Source of the DNA: Eledone cirrhosa
Taxonomy: Eukaryota
Reading direction: 5' to 3'
Assembly: GCA_964016885.1 (NCBI GenBank)
Contig: OZ024743.1
Span: 181,846,001 to 181,910,000 of the forward strand
Length of the DNA stretch: 64,000 nt
The notes beneath the pieces were generated by a model. It ran no database searches and was not told where the DNA came from. It saw only the letters and a program-made list of their open reading frames with translations. Shown here in pieces: positions 28,310-40,825 of the stretch. Within the stretch, counting starts at the first letter, position 1; each line of letters begins with the position of its first letter. A program made the position numbers and the translations under genes.

Positions 28310-31300
28310 GATTTCTTTATTAACCACAAGGGTTTACATAAAGTAGACATTAAGGACAGTGCAGGACAATGCAGGACGGTACAAATGGGCATTTCTGCGT
28401 GTAAAAAACAAAAACAGAGGATGTAACAAAAAATAACAATGAAAAATTCCCCAATAGGGGGGAGACTTCGGAGGGACATTTGTGGAGAAAGCCCAGTAAA
28501 AAGCCACAATGACCCTGACCACCAAGGCAAGTGCCCTCTCCCAGTTTTCCACCTTTAATTTACAGATATATACTCAGAGTAGGCCCATTCACTCGGGCCA
28601 TTCTTGCTTCTCTCACCCATCTTTCAACAAAATGCTGGGAAGAGAGCACTTCCCTCTCTACTCTGATTTTCCTTTTCAAATGAAATTTGAAAAAGTCAAT
28701 CAGGGCATCACCGAAGAGGTAAGTGCTCGTCTTCAGCCCTTTCAAATGTGTCCACCATACTATCTCTTTCGCCATGGCCACCAGACAGATAAAAACTGCC
28801 TGCCCTTCCCGGCTAAAGGAGGAGGGCGGGGCAATCCTCACGATGGACTCAGATGATAGCCGGATCCGTCCTAAACGCGACAGCAGGTGTTCGACATAAA
28901 CCCACAAGTCAGCAATTTTCGGACACTGGACGAGTGCGTGCAGGACGGTTTCGTCGCCCTGCGCGCATCTCGGACATGCCCGGCTGACGGCACCTCCATG
29001 CCTGTAGAGTTTATCCCGAACTGGCAAGGCTCCTCGGTAGCACTGCCAGGCCAGAGATTTCTGGAAGTTGTCCATAGGCCCTGGCCCGAAAGTTCTTCCG
29101 AAGAGATTGGCTAGTTGATTTTCGTCGACGCCTAGAGTTTCCCCAAGTACGTCGTCGCTCTTCCCCTCCACTAATCCTCTATAGAACGCCGAGGTGGAGT
29201 TTCCACCGATCACATTGCCCGATTGGTCGAGGGCTGTGAGCGCCTGAAGACATTCCAGTCTCCAGGCGCTCCCTCTCGGTCTTCGCTTGACCCAGGACTG
29301 CAGCTCCGTCAAGGAAACGAGCTGGGGAAATACGTGTCTAGCAAACGGCGACCACACCTGATCACCGTCGAGGAAGAGGTGGAGATGTCATAGCCTGAGC
29401 GTGTGCCTGCGCATCATCAGCCACGGCATACCCAGCCCTCCACGTAGCGGGTGTTGACAACAGATGGACCGCCTGACCATCGGAGCACGTCCCTTCCACA
29501 AAAAGCGAAAGAGCAAACGCTCCAGCGCAGTCAGGCGAGGCTTAGGACAAGGTACGACGGTCAGGCGGTAGCAGATGACAGACGCGATGTACGCGTTAGC
29601 CACCTCCGCTCGACCTTTCAGGGATAGCTTCCTCTCCGCCCATTTCTGGGTGAGAGAAGCCACCCTGCTCGTCACCTCGTCCCAGTTTTTGTCCGTCTGG
29701 AGGTCTGGACCGAACCAGACCCCTAGCAATTTAACCGGTCCATCCATCCAGCGTCCGACGACGCTGTTGGACGGCATGGACCTGCCTCTCCAGGTGCCGA
29801 GCTGCAGGCCCACTGACTTTTCCTGGTTGATCATTGCTCCTGTCACCGCTTCGTATTATCTTAGTGTAGTGCCGATCGCCTCGATGTGTTTGGCGTTCGA
29901 CACCACTACGGTGACATCGTCTGCATATGCTGACACGGATCTTCCGCATCCTAGTTCGCGCGGGACCCCCCCTCAACGTCTCCAGTCTGTGCAGTAATGG
30001 CTCGAGAGTCAATACGTACAAGAGGGACGAGAGGGGACATCCTTGGCTGACCGAGCGCATGATGTTGAACGGTTCCGACAGGTGACCGTTCACTCTCACC
30101 ACAGAGCAGATGTCGCTGTGCATGGCAGCGATCCAGCCTCTGAAGACGGGCCCAAAGCCAGCCGCCCTCAGGACTGCCGCTAGGTAACGATGGTCGACCC
30201 TATCGAAAGCTTTCGACTGATCTAAATTGATCAAGGACCCACCCGTGCCAGGTTCCTTAGCTACCCTCTCTATGATGTATCGCATGAGGTGGAGGTTGTC
30301 GTGGATGGATCTATCGGGAATGGCGCATGTCTGCGCCTCTCCCACCAGACCACCAACGACAAGCGCCAACCTCTTTGCTAGCACCTTGGCCAAAATCTTG
30401 AACTCTGTGTTTAGCAGAGTTATGGGCCTAAAATTATCTATGTTATCCCCCTTGTTCGGATCCTTTCTCAGCAGTGCCACCGCTCCTCGGCTCACAGAAC
30501 TGGGAATTCTCCCGTTCTGTTGCCAGTTGCAGTAGACGTCCGCCAAGAGGCCTCCGAACAAGTCTGGCATCTGTACGTAAAGTTCATAGGGCAGACCATC
30601 CAAACCAGGCGATTTACCCCTTGTTCAGCCAGTCATTGCCTCCCTTACTTCAGCGGCTGTTATCGGCTTTTCGCAACACCTCGCCTCAGTGGCCGAGAGC
30701 CGCGGCAGTCCGTCGAGGTAGACACTAAAGTCCATCCCTCTACCCGGCCCACCGCTGCCCCCGAACAGCTGAGCGAAGTGTCGCTGAAAAGCTTCACACA
30801 TTTGCCCGGGATCGAGTAGCATGCGCCCGTCGTGGTCCACCAAAGACCGGATCGTGGCTTTGTTTCCACGACGCGCCTCCGCCACTCGGGCCCATTGAAC
30901 GGCTTTCGTCCCCTCGTGTCTGAGAGCACGCACCCTTGCTCTGACAACGCAGCCTTCGTGCTTTGCATTGAAGAATTGGTCAAGGGCCAATTTCGCCGCA
31001 AGCACGTCGGTCGCAATGCCTTTGCTAAGCGCCTCGTCTAATTTTCTAACTAGTTCTCCCTCTGCTCTATTTTTCTCTATTGCTAAAGCCTTACTAAACC
31101 TAATCGATTCTATTCTAATCGCTCTTTTCAGAGCAAACCACCACTTGTTGTTGACGATGGCCCCCGTCAACGCCCGCTTAACTAGTTCGCTAATCCGGTC
31201 TCTGTAGGCCTTGCGCGCTGGTAAGGACGCGTTTAGCTTCCAGTAGCCGGGTCCTCGTCTATGAAGCCTATCTAAGTCAAGCACACAGATCACGAATTTG

Positions 31301-34300
31301 TGGTCCGTGTAGCTGACTATCTTGAATTGTGGACAGCCTATGCTAGACCTATCTATTTCCCTACAAAATACTCTATCTAGATATGATCTGGATGACCCTA
31401 TGCGATTTGTCCAAGTCCACACTGGCACATTCGGGAAATCCAATCGGTACCTGTCAGACAGTTCAAAACGCCTGAGCAGGTTGGTGAGGCTCTTGCACCC
31501 TCCACCCCTATCCGCTAATCCCACACAGTCCCAGCGTGCATCTAAGATCCCGTTCCAGTCGCCCACTAACACTAAAGAGCGGGACGTTCCAAGAAAGGTC
31601 TCCAGACCCCGGAAGAAATCAGGCCGCCCTGCTCCTGTCGGGGCATAGACGGCCACTAGCCTGAAAGCTTGCCCTTCTCCGCTGGTCACGTCCAGCACCA
31701 CCAGCTTACCCTCTGGGTCCAGGAAGATGGCCCGTATGGCGAGATCCAAACCTCTCCGAAAAAGCACAGCAACTCCTCCACCCGATCCAGGACGGCTGGG
31801 AGATGCGTACAGATCGTAGCCGCCGAAGATCGGTGCGAAGGCCCGTGCTTCGGAGATTCTGGTCTCGCTGATGGCCACTACATCTATGTTTAGTGACCTG
31901 AGGTGGTTGAGCAGGTGACCCTGCTTCCATGACGACCCCAAGCCACGCGCATTTATGCTGCCTATTCTGAGTGAGGTCATGTTTAAAATAGAGTGGAAAC
32001 GATGGAAAAGACCACTTACCGTACTTTTGGTAGAGGAGGGATGGTTTTTACATCCCTTTTCACTTGTTCGTCTGGTGAAGGGACCGTTGAATCGTCCCTT
32101 CGGCTGGTCGTCGGCTCTTCTAAGAGAATGTCTGAATATACTCTTCGATTGATGGTTCCTCCTAGGTCCCTGAAATCACCAACTGCGTTGGGGAATTTCG
32201 TTTTAATGTTTGTGTATTGTTTCTGTGCTATTTTTAGCAGTCTTATGTTAGTTGGCGTTTTGATTGGTGCTGGTATTATGTAGTCGTGTTGTGAAATGTC
32301 TGTGTGTTCAATTATGTAAGTCATTAGTTTCTTGTTGTGTGTATTTATTGCCGTGCATTTGTTTTTCTGGGGGTGGGGTGTGGTTCTGCTATTTTCTTGT
32401 CGTTGTTGCTGGGTGTGTGTGTTTTGTTGTGTTTGCGATGTTGGTGCTTGTGGTGGTGGTGTTGAAGGTGTTGTTGGCGGTGGGGTTGTCGCCGGTGGTG
32501 ATGGTGGTGCTAGTGTGGGTGGTGATGGTGTTGGTGGTGTTGCTGCTGTGGGTCTCTTTGCAGTAGACTTTACCCTTTTCTCATTTCTTTCCTCCCTTTT
32601 CAAAGGCGACATTGCGCTGCTTTTGCGTTTGTGTCTTCTTACGACCTTTTGCCATCTCTCTCCCACCTCACACTCCATGTCTGATTCTGTGAGGTCGGGG
32701 AGGGATACCAGCTCCACTCTTTCACTTGTTGTTGTTGGTGATGTTTGCACTGGAGTCTCTGTTGCAGCTGTATTTGGTATTGCTGTTGTTGTTGTTAATA
32801 TTTCCACTGCTGCTGCTGTTTTTGATTTCCGTGGCGTGGGTATGGGTGCCACGGACCTATCGTTCCTGGTTGCCGCTTGTCCTGTTGCTGGTAGCCGTGG
32901 AGCCGGTTTCGGAAGGAGGGGGGTTTCTCCTTTCTCAGGGTCTTCTCGTTGCAGAAGGCCCTGAGGTGAGTCTTCGATCCACAGCGAAAGCATTTCGGGC
33001 GTTTTCCCTCAACACTTATGGGCAGTTGAGTGCCGTTATCGAAGTCTATCACATCCGGGATAGCTTCGATGCACTCCTGGTTGGTTTGGATTAGCATCTC
33101 AATGGAGGTGCCGACCCAATCTTCTCTTACTTTTTTCTGTACTTGCAGTACAGTTGTTTTGTCCTCGATTCCGACGAGGACAGACGCGGCCAGCCAAGAA
33201 GGGGCCATTCCGGGGGGGACGTGGGTCAGTTTGACCCTCACAATTTTTTGCCCGCAGTAGGAGGGCACCAACACCATTTCCTCGCTCCTTAGGGTCACTA
33301 CGGATTGGGCCTTTGCCTCCTGGGGTGTGGCAAAAAGTACGTCTACGGTGGCATATTTTTTGCCTCGGGTGATGTGCGTTTTCCGCTGCCACACAGACCC
33401 CAAGGCTTTTTGTATTTGAGCCTCTGTGGCTCTTTCCACCCTACGGGATTTTGTACTTACTGTACGGTACGTGACCGTACAGTGCTGTTGGGTTTCGAAA
33501 AATTTTTCCGCTGCCTTGCAGATTGCTCGGTGTCCATTCTTTGTCACCATCTTCTTCGCTTCCTCTAATTCCTCATTTGTTATGAGGATTGTTTCCAAGT
33601 TTTTCGCAATACCTGCAAATGAGATTGGTTTTTCTCTGCTGCTGTTGTTGTTGTTGTCGTCAGAGCTGCTGGTACTTTTGTTGTTGCTGCAGGTACTACG
33701 ATTACTGCCTCCGCCGCTGTTGCTGTGGTTGTTGTTGGTGTTGCTGCTGCTAATGCTGTTGTTGTTTATGCTGCTGGTGATGCTGTTGCGGCTGCTACTG
33801 TTGTTTTCATTGTCACTGTTGCTGTTTTTATTACGGCTGCTACTGCTATTATTCCTGACGTCAGACGAATGAACTGGGTTTTCGTATTTCCCGCACACCT
33901 GTTTCGTCGCTGTCGTCGTCGTCGTGGAGAAACCTTGCACGCTTTGCACGAGACTTTTATTTTCTTTCGTCGCTTGCGAAAGAGAAGGGAGGGAGAGAGA
34001 TACATTTAAAGAAGGGAGGGAGAGAGACAATCTTCTCTCTGCTGTAGTGACGATTGAGGAAAAAGAAGACGGAATGAGTGGGAGTGACCTATGAAAATTC
34101 TTTTTCGTAGCCATGTTGTTTTTTTGTTAAAAATAAATATTGGGTACAAAACCCCAATAAGCAGTTATTTAACCCCGAAGGGCCAAATAACGGGCAGAAA
34201 GACCCCTCTCACGAGGAGGAAGGTGTTTTTGTCTACAAGTTGGTCTAAGTTTTAAACAATTTACAATTGTTAAAGCGTTCAAAATTTACAGTACCTTACA

Positions 34301-34329
34301 GAGCCGAGCCTCCGTCAACCATAGCATTC
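28310..34329 (-). mobile_element. Tx1 family B copy 1, full length, inactivated
   Basis: Collinear with 37108-43104; ORF1 frameshift near 32930; ORF2 stops at 30625, about 29857 and 29388, and a frameshift near 29970; (AAT)n at both ends. Confidence 0.93.
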
Positions 34330-34367
<38 letters not shown>

Positions 34368-34368
<1 letters not shown>

Positions 34369-36055
34369 TCGATAGTTTGCCACACAGTTGGATTGAAAAA
34401 TGTTTAGAGATTTTCAAAATATCCCCCGTTGTCAGGAGGTTTTTGTCATTCAGTATGAAGACATGGAAAACGACACTCCTTTTGAATAGTGAAACAAAAT
34501 CACTGGAGCTGGAGAAGTTAATATTAATTGTGGAATTTTTCAGGGTGACTCTTTATCACCGCTTTTATTCTGCATCGCGCTTATACCATTAAGTAAAATG
34601 CTCAATGAAACAAAACATGGATATAAAGTCTATGACAAAACCATTAATCACCTGTTCTACATGGATGACCTGAAACTATTTGCAAAAAATGATGAACAAT
34701 TGCAAGGGCTATTATCCACTGTGAAGCAGTTCAGTGATGACATTAAAATGGAGTTTGGACTAGATAAATGCGCCAAAGCAACGTTCACCAGAGGAAAGCT
34801 GCTAAAGAGTTCAGACATTAATCTTGATCGGGGGAACGTGATAAGAGAACTTGATCAAGAAAAAACTTACAAATATCCAGGTGTTTGTGAAGGAGACGGA
34901 ATCAAGCACTCGACAATGAGGGAAAGGATAAGGAAGGAATGTTACCGCAGAGTAAGAGCAATCTTAAGAACGGAATTGAATGCAAGGAATAGGATCGATG
35001 CCATAAACACGCTTGCCATACCAGTAGTAACCTACAGTTACAATGTCATCAACTGGTCAAGCACAGAGATCCGTAGGCTCGATACAAAAATTCGAAAATT
35101 CTTAACCATGCACAGAATGCATCACCCTAAGGCAGATATAGATAGAATATATCTCCCTAGGAAAGAAGGAGGACGTGGGTTAATCCAGTTAGACATTGCG
35201 TTGAAAACTGCAACAATTGGATTATCTACATATCTAAGGGAATCACATGATTGGATGATCAAACTCGTTTTGAAACACGAAAGCATCAAAAGATCATATT
35301 CCATTACAAAAGATGCACAAAGATACAGTAATGGACTACAAATTTCAGAAGTCCCATTTACTGCTGAAATGGAAAACACAGAAAAAGCAAAGCAGGTAAA
35401 AGTAACTGCAAAGAAAGAACTGCTACAGAAACTGGCTAAGAAATGGCAAGAAAAGCCTCTGTATGGAAAATACCCAGAGCGAGCTAACAATCCTGATGTT
35501 GACAAAACTTTAACCCATCAGTGGTTGGCATCCTCTGGACTGAAATCGGAGACTGAAGGACTGATTATATCAGCACAAGATCAGTGTCTGCCAACAAAAA
35601 ATTACCAAGCCAACATAATAAAAAATAGGTGCAGCCCATTATGCCGTGTATGCAAAAAACAACCAGAGACCATTGACCATATAATTTCAATGTGCAGTCC
35701 TATAGCTCCAACCGAATACCTAAACAGGCATGACAGAGCTGCACAATACATACATTGGATAATGTGTAAGCATTTTGACCTGCCCCATCAAAACCTAAGG
35801 GGTCTAATGATTACTTATCGCAAATACCAGGAAACCCGCGTATAGGAGAAATACAAAAGATAGTACTAATGGGAACTGCCCATATACTAAGGAAGATTCT
35901 GTCAATATAAGTACATCACAAGTCTAAACACTAAAGATGCATGTGTGAATATGTATGTTCTTTCTTGAACATGGCGGACCTTGTTGTCTCTTGAGGTCAC
36001 TGGTTGTGACTTGGTGATAACTCGTATGAACATAAAGCAAGATAAATGCAACTGT
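34368..36055 (+). mobile_element. R4/Dong-like family B, 5'-truncated, with an internal deletion of the RLE core
   Basis: Starts at FDSLPHSW; LFYMDDLKLF, GGRGL, CRVC..HIISMC, RHD; about 300 bp missing at 35793 relative to 36516-36815. Confidence 0.9.
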
Positions 36056-36076
36056 AATAATAATAATAATAATAAT

Positions 36077-36262
36077 TGTTTCTACTTTTAGGCACAAGGC
36101 CAGCAATTACCCAGTTCATTACTGGTACTTTATTTTATCGACCCCGTAAGGATGAAAGGCAAAGTCAACCTCGGCGGGATTTGAACTCAGATCGTAAAGG
36201 GACGTAACTATGCTGGAAAGCATGGCGTCCGACCCTCTACCGTTACTGCCAATCCACCGCCC
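36077..36262 (-). mobile_element. tRNA-derived SINE family 1 with (ATT)n tail
   Basis: GGGCGGTGGATTGGCAG head, B-box GAGTTCAAATCC, central GCCTTTCATCCTTACGGGGTCGATAAAATAAAGTACC (Nin/Deu-domain-like), tail CCTTGTGCCTAAAAGTAGAAACA(ATT)n. Confidence 0.88.
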
Positions 36263-36263
36263 T

Positions 36264-37069
36264 CTGAAATCTGAGACTGAAGGACTGATTATATCAGCAC
36301 AAGATCAGTGTCTGCCAACAAAAAATTACCAAGCCAACATAATAAAAAATGGATGCAGCCCATTATGCCGTGTATGCAAAAAACAACCAGAGACCATTGA
36401 CCATATAATTTCAATGTGCAGTCCTATAGCTCCAACCGAATACCTAAACAGGCATGACAGAGCTTCACAATACATACATTGGATAATGTGTAAGCATTTT
36501 GACCTGCCCCATCAAAAGAATTGGTGGGAGCATCAACCACCTCCCATACTTGAAAAAGATCACATCTCAATCTTGTGGAACTTTAGCATCCAAACAGACC
36601 GAAAAATAGATGCAAATAGACCTGATATAATATTGAAGGACTTTAAAAAGAGGGTATGCCTGCTAATTGATATGTCTGTTCCAATAGACAAGAATGTATC
36701 TATAAAAACATTTGACAAATTGAGCAAGTATAAGGACCTGGAGATAGAAATTGGAAAAATGTGGAAATTGAGAACTAAAACAATACCAGTGGTTGTAGGC
36801 ACTCTGGGAATGATACCTAAGGGGTCTAATGATTACTTATCGCAAATCCCAGGAAACCCGCGTATAGGAGAAATACAAAAGATAGTACTAATGGGAACTG
36901 CCCATATACTAAGGAAGATTCTGTCAATATAAGTACATCACAAGTCTAAACACTAAAGATGCATGTGTGAGTATGTATGTTCTTTCTTGAACATGGCGGA
37001 CCTTGTTGTCTCTTGAGGTCACTGGTTGTGACTTGGTGATAACTCGTATGAACATAAAGCAAGATAAAT

Positions 37070-37070
<1 letters not shown>
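36264..37070 (+). mobile_element. R4/Dong-like family B 3' segment with intact RLE domain
   Basis: ETEGLIISAQDQ, CCHC, RHD, NRPDI..LIDMSVP..KLSKY; (AAT)n tail. Confidence 0.9.
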
Positions 37071-37109
<39 letters not shown>

Positions 37110-37370
37110 TTTCTTTATTAACCACAAGGGTTTACATAAAGTAGACATTAAGGACAGTGCAGGACAATGCAGGACGGTACAAATGGGCATTTCTGCGTGT
37201 AAAAAAAACAAAAACAGAGGAAGTAACAAAAATAACAATGAAAATAACAATGAAAAATTCCCCAATAGGGGGGAGACTTCGGAGGGACATTTGTGGAGAA
37301 AGCCCAGTAAAAAGCCACAATGACCCTGACCACCAAGGCAAGTGCCCTCTCCCAGTTTTCCACCTTTAGT

Positions 37371-40300
37371 TTACAGATATATACTCAGAGTCGGCCCATT
37401 CACTCGGGCCATTCTTGCTTCTCTCACCCATCTTTCAACAAAATGCTGGGAAGAGAGCACTTCCTTCTCTACTCTGATTTTCCTTTTCAAATGAAATTTG
37501 AAAAAGTCAATCAGAGCATCACCGAAGAGGTAAGTGCTCGTCTTCAGCCCTTTCAAACGTGTCCACCATACTATCTCTTTCGCCATGGCCACCAGACAGA
37601 TAAAAACTGCCTGCCCTTCCCGGCTAAAGGAGGAGGGCGGGGCAATCCTCACGATAGACTCAGATGATAGCTGGATCCGTCCCAAACGCGACAGCAGGTG
37701 TTCGACATAAACCCACAAGTCAGCAATTTTCGGACACTGGACGAGTGCGTGCAGGACGGTTTCGTCGCCCAGCGCGCATCTCGGACATGCCCGGCTGACG
37801 GCACCTCCATGCCTGTAGAGTTTATCCCGAACTGGCAAGGCTCCTCGGTAGCACTGCCAGGCCAGAGATTTCTGGAAGTTGTCCATAGGCCCTGGCCCGA
37901 AAGTTCTTCCGAAGAGATTGGCTAGTTGATTTTCGTCGACGCCTAGAGTTTCCCCAAGTACGTCGTCGCTCTTCTCCTCCACTAATCCTCTATAGAACGC
38001 CGAGGTGGAGTTTCCACCGATCACATTGCCCGATTGGTCGAGGGCTGTGAGCGCCTGAAGACATTCCAGTCTCCAGGCGCTCCCTCTCGGTCTTCGCTTG
38101 ACCCAGGACTGCAGCTCCGTCAAGGAAACGAGCTGGGGAAAAACGCGTCTAGCAAACGGCGACCACACCTGATCACCGTCGAGGAAGAGGTGGAGATGTC
38201 GTAGCCTGAGCGCGTGCCTGCGCATCATCAGCCACGGCATGCCCAGCCCTCCACGTAGCGGGTGTTGACAACAGATGGACCGCCTGACCATCGGAGCACG
38301 TCCCTTCCACAAAAAGCGAAAGAGCAAACGCTCCAGCGCAGTCAGGCGAGGCTTAGGACAAGGTACGACGGTTAGGCGGTAGCAGATGACAGACGCGATG
38401 TACGCGTTAGCCACCTCCGCTCGACCTTTCAGGGATAGCTTCCTCTCCGCCCATTTCTGGGTGAGAGAAGCCACCCTGCTCGTCACCTCGTCCCAGTTTT
38501 TGTCCGTCTGGAGGTCCGGACCGAACCAGACCCCTAGCAATTTAACCGGTCCGTCCGTCCAGCGCCCGACGACGCTGTTGGACGGCATGGACCTGCCTCT
38601 CCAGGTGCCGAGCTGCAGGCCCACTGACTTTTCCTGGTTGATCATTGCTCCTGTCACCGCTTCGTATTCTCTTAGTGTAGTGCCGATCGCCTCGATGTGT
38701 TTGGCGTTCGACACCACTACGGTGACATCGTCCGCATATGCTGACACGGATCTTCCGCATCCTAGTTCGCGCGGGACTCCCCTCAACGTCTCCAGTTTGT
38801 GCAGTAATGGCTCGAGCGTCAATACGTACAAGAGGGACGAGAGGGGACATCCTTGGCGGACCGAGCGCATGATGTTGAACGGTTCCGACAGGTGACCGTT
38901 CACTCTCACCACAGAGCAGATGTCGCTGTGCATGGCAGCGATCCAGCCTCTGAAGACGGGCCCAAAGCCAGCCGCCCTCAGGACTGCCGCTAGGTAACGA
39001 TGGTCGACCCTATCGAAAGCTTTCGACTGATCTAAATTGATCAAGGACCCACCCGTGCCAGGTTCCCTAGCTACCCTCTCTACGATGTATCGCATGAGGT
39101 GGAGGTTGTCGTGGATGGATCTGTCGGGAATGGCGCATGTCTGCGCCTCTCCCACCAGACCACCAACGACAAGCGCCAACCTCTTTGCTAGCACCTTGGC
39201 GAAAATCTTAAACTCTGTGTTTAGCAGAGTTATGGGCCGGAAATTGTCTATGTTATCCCCCTTGTTCGGATCCTTTCTCAGCAGTGCCACCGCTCCTCGG
39301 CTCACAGAACTGGGAATTCTCCCGTTCTGTTGCCAGTTGCAGTAGACGTCCGCCAAGAGGCCTCCGAACAAGTCTGGCATCTGTACGTAAAGTTCATAGG
39401 GCAGACCATCCAAACCAGGCGATTTACCCCTTGTGCAGCCAGTCATTGCCTCCCTTACTTCAGCGGCTGTTATCGGCTTTTCGCAACACTTCGCCTCAGT
39501 GGCCGAGAGCCGCGGCAGTCCGTCGAGGTAGACACTAAAGTCCATCCCTCTACCCGGCCCACCGCTGCCCCCGAACAGCTGAGCGAAGTGTCGCTGAAAA
39601 GCTTCACACATTTTCCCGGGATCGAGTAGCATGCGCCCGTCGTGGTCCACCAAAGACCGGATCGTGGCTTTGTTGCCACGACGCGCCTCCGCCACTCGGG
39701 CCCATTGCACGGCTTTCGTCCCCTCGTGTCTGAGAGCACGCACCCTTGCTCTGACAACGCAGCCTTCGTGCTTTGCATTGAAGAATTGGTCAAGGGCCAA
39801 TTTCGCCGCAAGCACGTCGGTCGCAATGCCTTTGCTAAGCGCCTCGTCTAATTTTCTAACTAGTTCTCCCTCTGCTCTATTTTTCTCTATTGCTAAAGCC
39901 TTACTAAACCTAATCGATTCTATTCTAATCGCTCTTTTCAGAGCAAACCACCACTTGTTGTTGACGATGGCCCCCGTCAACGCCCGCTTAACTAGTTCGC
40001 TAATCCGGTCTCTGTAGGCCTTGCGCGCTGGTAAGGACGCGTTTAGCTTCCAGTAGCCGGGTCCTCGTCTATGAAGCCTATCTAAGTCAAGCACACAGAT
40101 CACGAATTTGTGGTCCGTGTAGCTGACTATCTTGAATTGTGGACAGCCTATGCTAGACCTATCTATTTCCCTACAAAATACTCTATCTAGATATGATCTG
40201 GATGACCCTATGCGGTTTGTCCAAGTCCACATTGGCACATTCGGGAAATCCAATCGGTACCTGTCAGACAGTTCAAAACGCCTGAGCAGGTTGGTGAGGC

Positions 40301-40790
40301 TCTTGCACCCTCCACCCCTATCCGCTAATCCCACACAGTCCCAGCGTGCATCTAAGATCCCGTTCCAGTCGCCCACTAACACTAAAGAGCGGGACGTTCC
40401 AAGAAAGGTCTCCAGACGCTGGAAGAAATCAGGCCGCCCTGCTCCTGTCGGGGCATAGACGGCCACTAGCCTGAAAGCTTGCCCGTCTCCGCTGGTCACG
40501 TCCAGCACCACCAGCTTACCCTCTGGGTCCAGGAAGATGGCCCGTATGGCGAGATCCAAACCTCTCCGAAAAAGCACAGCAACTCCTCCACCGGATCCAG
40601 GACGGCTGGGAGATGCGTACACATCGAAGCCGCCGAAGATCGGTGCGAAGGCCCGTGCTTCGGAGATTCTGGTCTCGCTGATGGCCACTACATCTATGTT
40701 TAGTGACCTGAGGTCGTTGAGCAGGTGACCCTGCTTCCATGACGACCCCAAGCCACGCGCATTTATGCTGCCTATTCTGAGTGAGGTCAT
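37371..40790 (-). CDS. Tx1 ORF2p, 1139 aa: APE endonuclease, reverse transcriptase, C-terminal CCHC
   Basis: SINARGL, ISETRI, VGDWN, SYLDR, YTDH, KSPGLDG, DQSKAFDRV, RQGCPLS, YADD, CPRC...HALVQC. Confidence 0.95.
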   Translation of the reverse strand: MTSLRIGSINARGLGSSWKQGHLLNDLRSLNIDVVAISETRISEARAFAPIFGGFDVYASPSRPGSGGGVAVLFRRGLDLAIRAIFLDPEGKLVVLDVTSGDGQAFRLVAVYAPTGAGRPDFFQRLETFLGTSRSLVLVGDWNGILDARWDCVGLADRGGGCKSLTNLLRRFELSDRYRLDFPNVPMWTWTNRIGSSRSYLDRVFCREIDRSSIGCPQFKIVSYTDHKFVICVLDLDRLHRRGPGYWKLNASLPARKAYRDRISELVKRALTGAIVNNKWWFALKRAIRIESIRFSKALAIEKNRAEGELVRKLDEALSKGIATDVLAAKLALDQFFNAKHEGCVVRARVRALRHEGTKAVQWARVAEARRGNKATIRSLVDHDGRMLLDPGKMCEAFQRHFAQLFGGSGGPGRGMDFSVYLDGLPRLSATEAKCCEKPITAAEVREAMTGCTRGKSPGLDGLPYELYVQMPDLFGGLLADVYCNWQQNGRIPSSVSRGAVALLRKDPNKGDNIDNFRPITLLNTEFKIFAKVLAKRLALVVGGLVGEAQTCAIPDRSIHDNLHLMRYIVERVAREPGTGGSLINLDQSKAFDRVDHRYLAAVLRAAGFGPVFRGWIAAMHSDICSVVRVNGHLSEPFNIMRSVRQGCPLSSLLYVLTLEPLLHKLETLRGVPRELGCGRSVSAYADDVTVVVSNAKHIEAIGTTLREYEAVTGAMINQEKSVGLQLGTWRGRSMPSNSVVGRWTDGPVKLLGVWFGPDLQTDKNWDEVTSRVASLTQKWAERKLSLKGRAEVANAYIASVICYRLTVVPCPKPRLTALERLLFRFLWKGRAPMVRRSICCQHPLRGGLGMPWLMMRRHALRLRHLHLFLDGDQVWSPFARRVFPQLVSLTELQSWVKRRPRGSAWRLECLQALTALDQSGNVIGGNSTSAFYRGLVEEKSDDVLGETLGVDENQLANLFGRTFGPGPMDNFQKSLAWQCYRGALPVRDKLYRHGGAVSRACPRCALGDETVLHALVQCPKIADLWVYVEHLLSRLGRIQLSSESIVRIAPPSSFSREGQAVFICLVAMAKEIVWWTRLKGLKTSTYLFGDALIDFFKFHLKRKIRVEKEVLSSQHFVERWVREARMARVNGPTLSIYL

Positions 40791-40825
40791 GTTTAAAATA
40801 GAGTGGAAAAGATGGGAAAGACCAC

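Noticed and set aside
36210-36932. 240 aa ORF as a stand-alone nuclease gene (also 44985-45707)
   Set aside because: The ATG and first 18 codons come from the antisense SINE fused to a truncated Dong-B; no evidence of expression.
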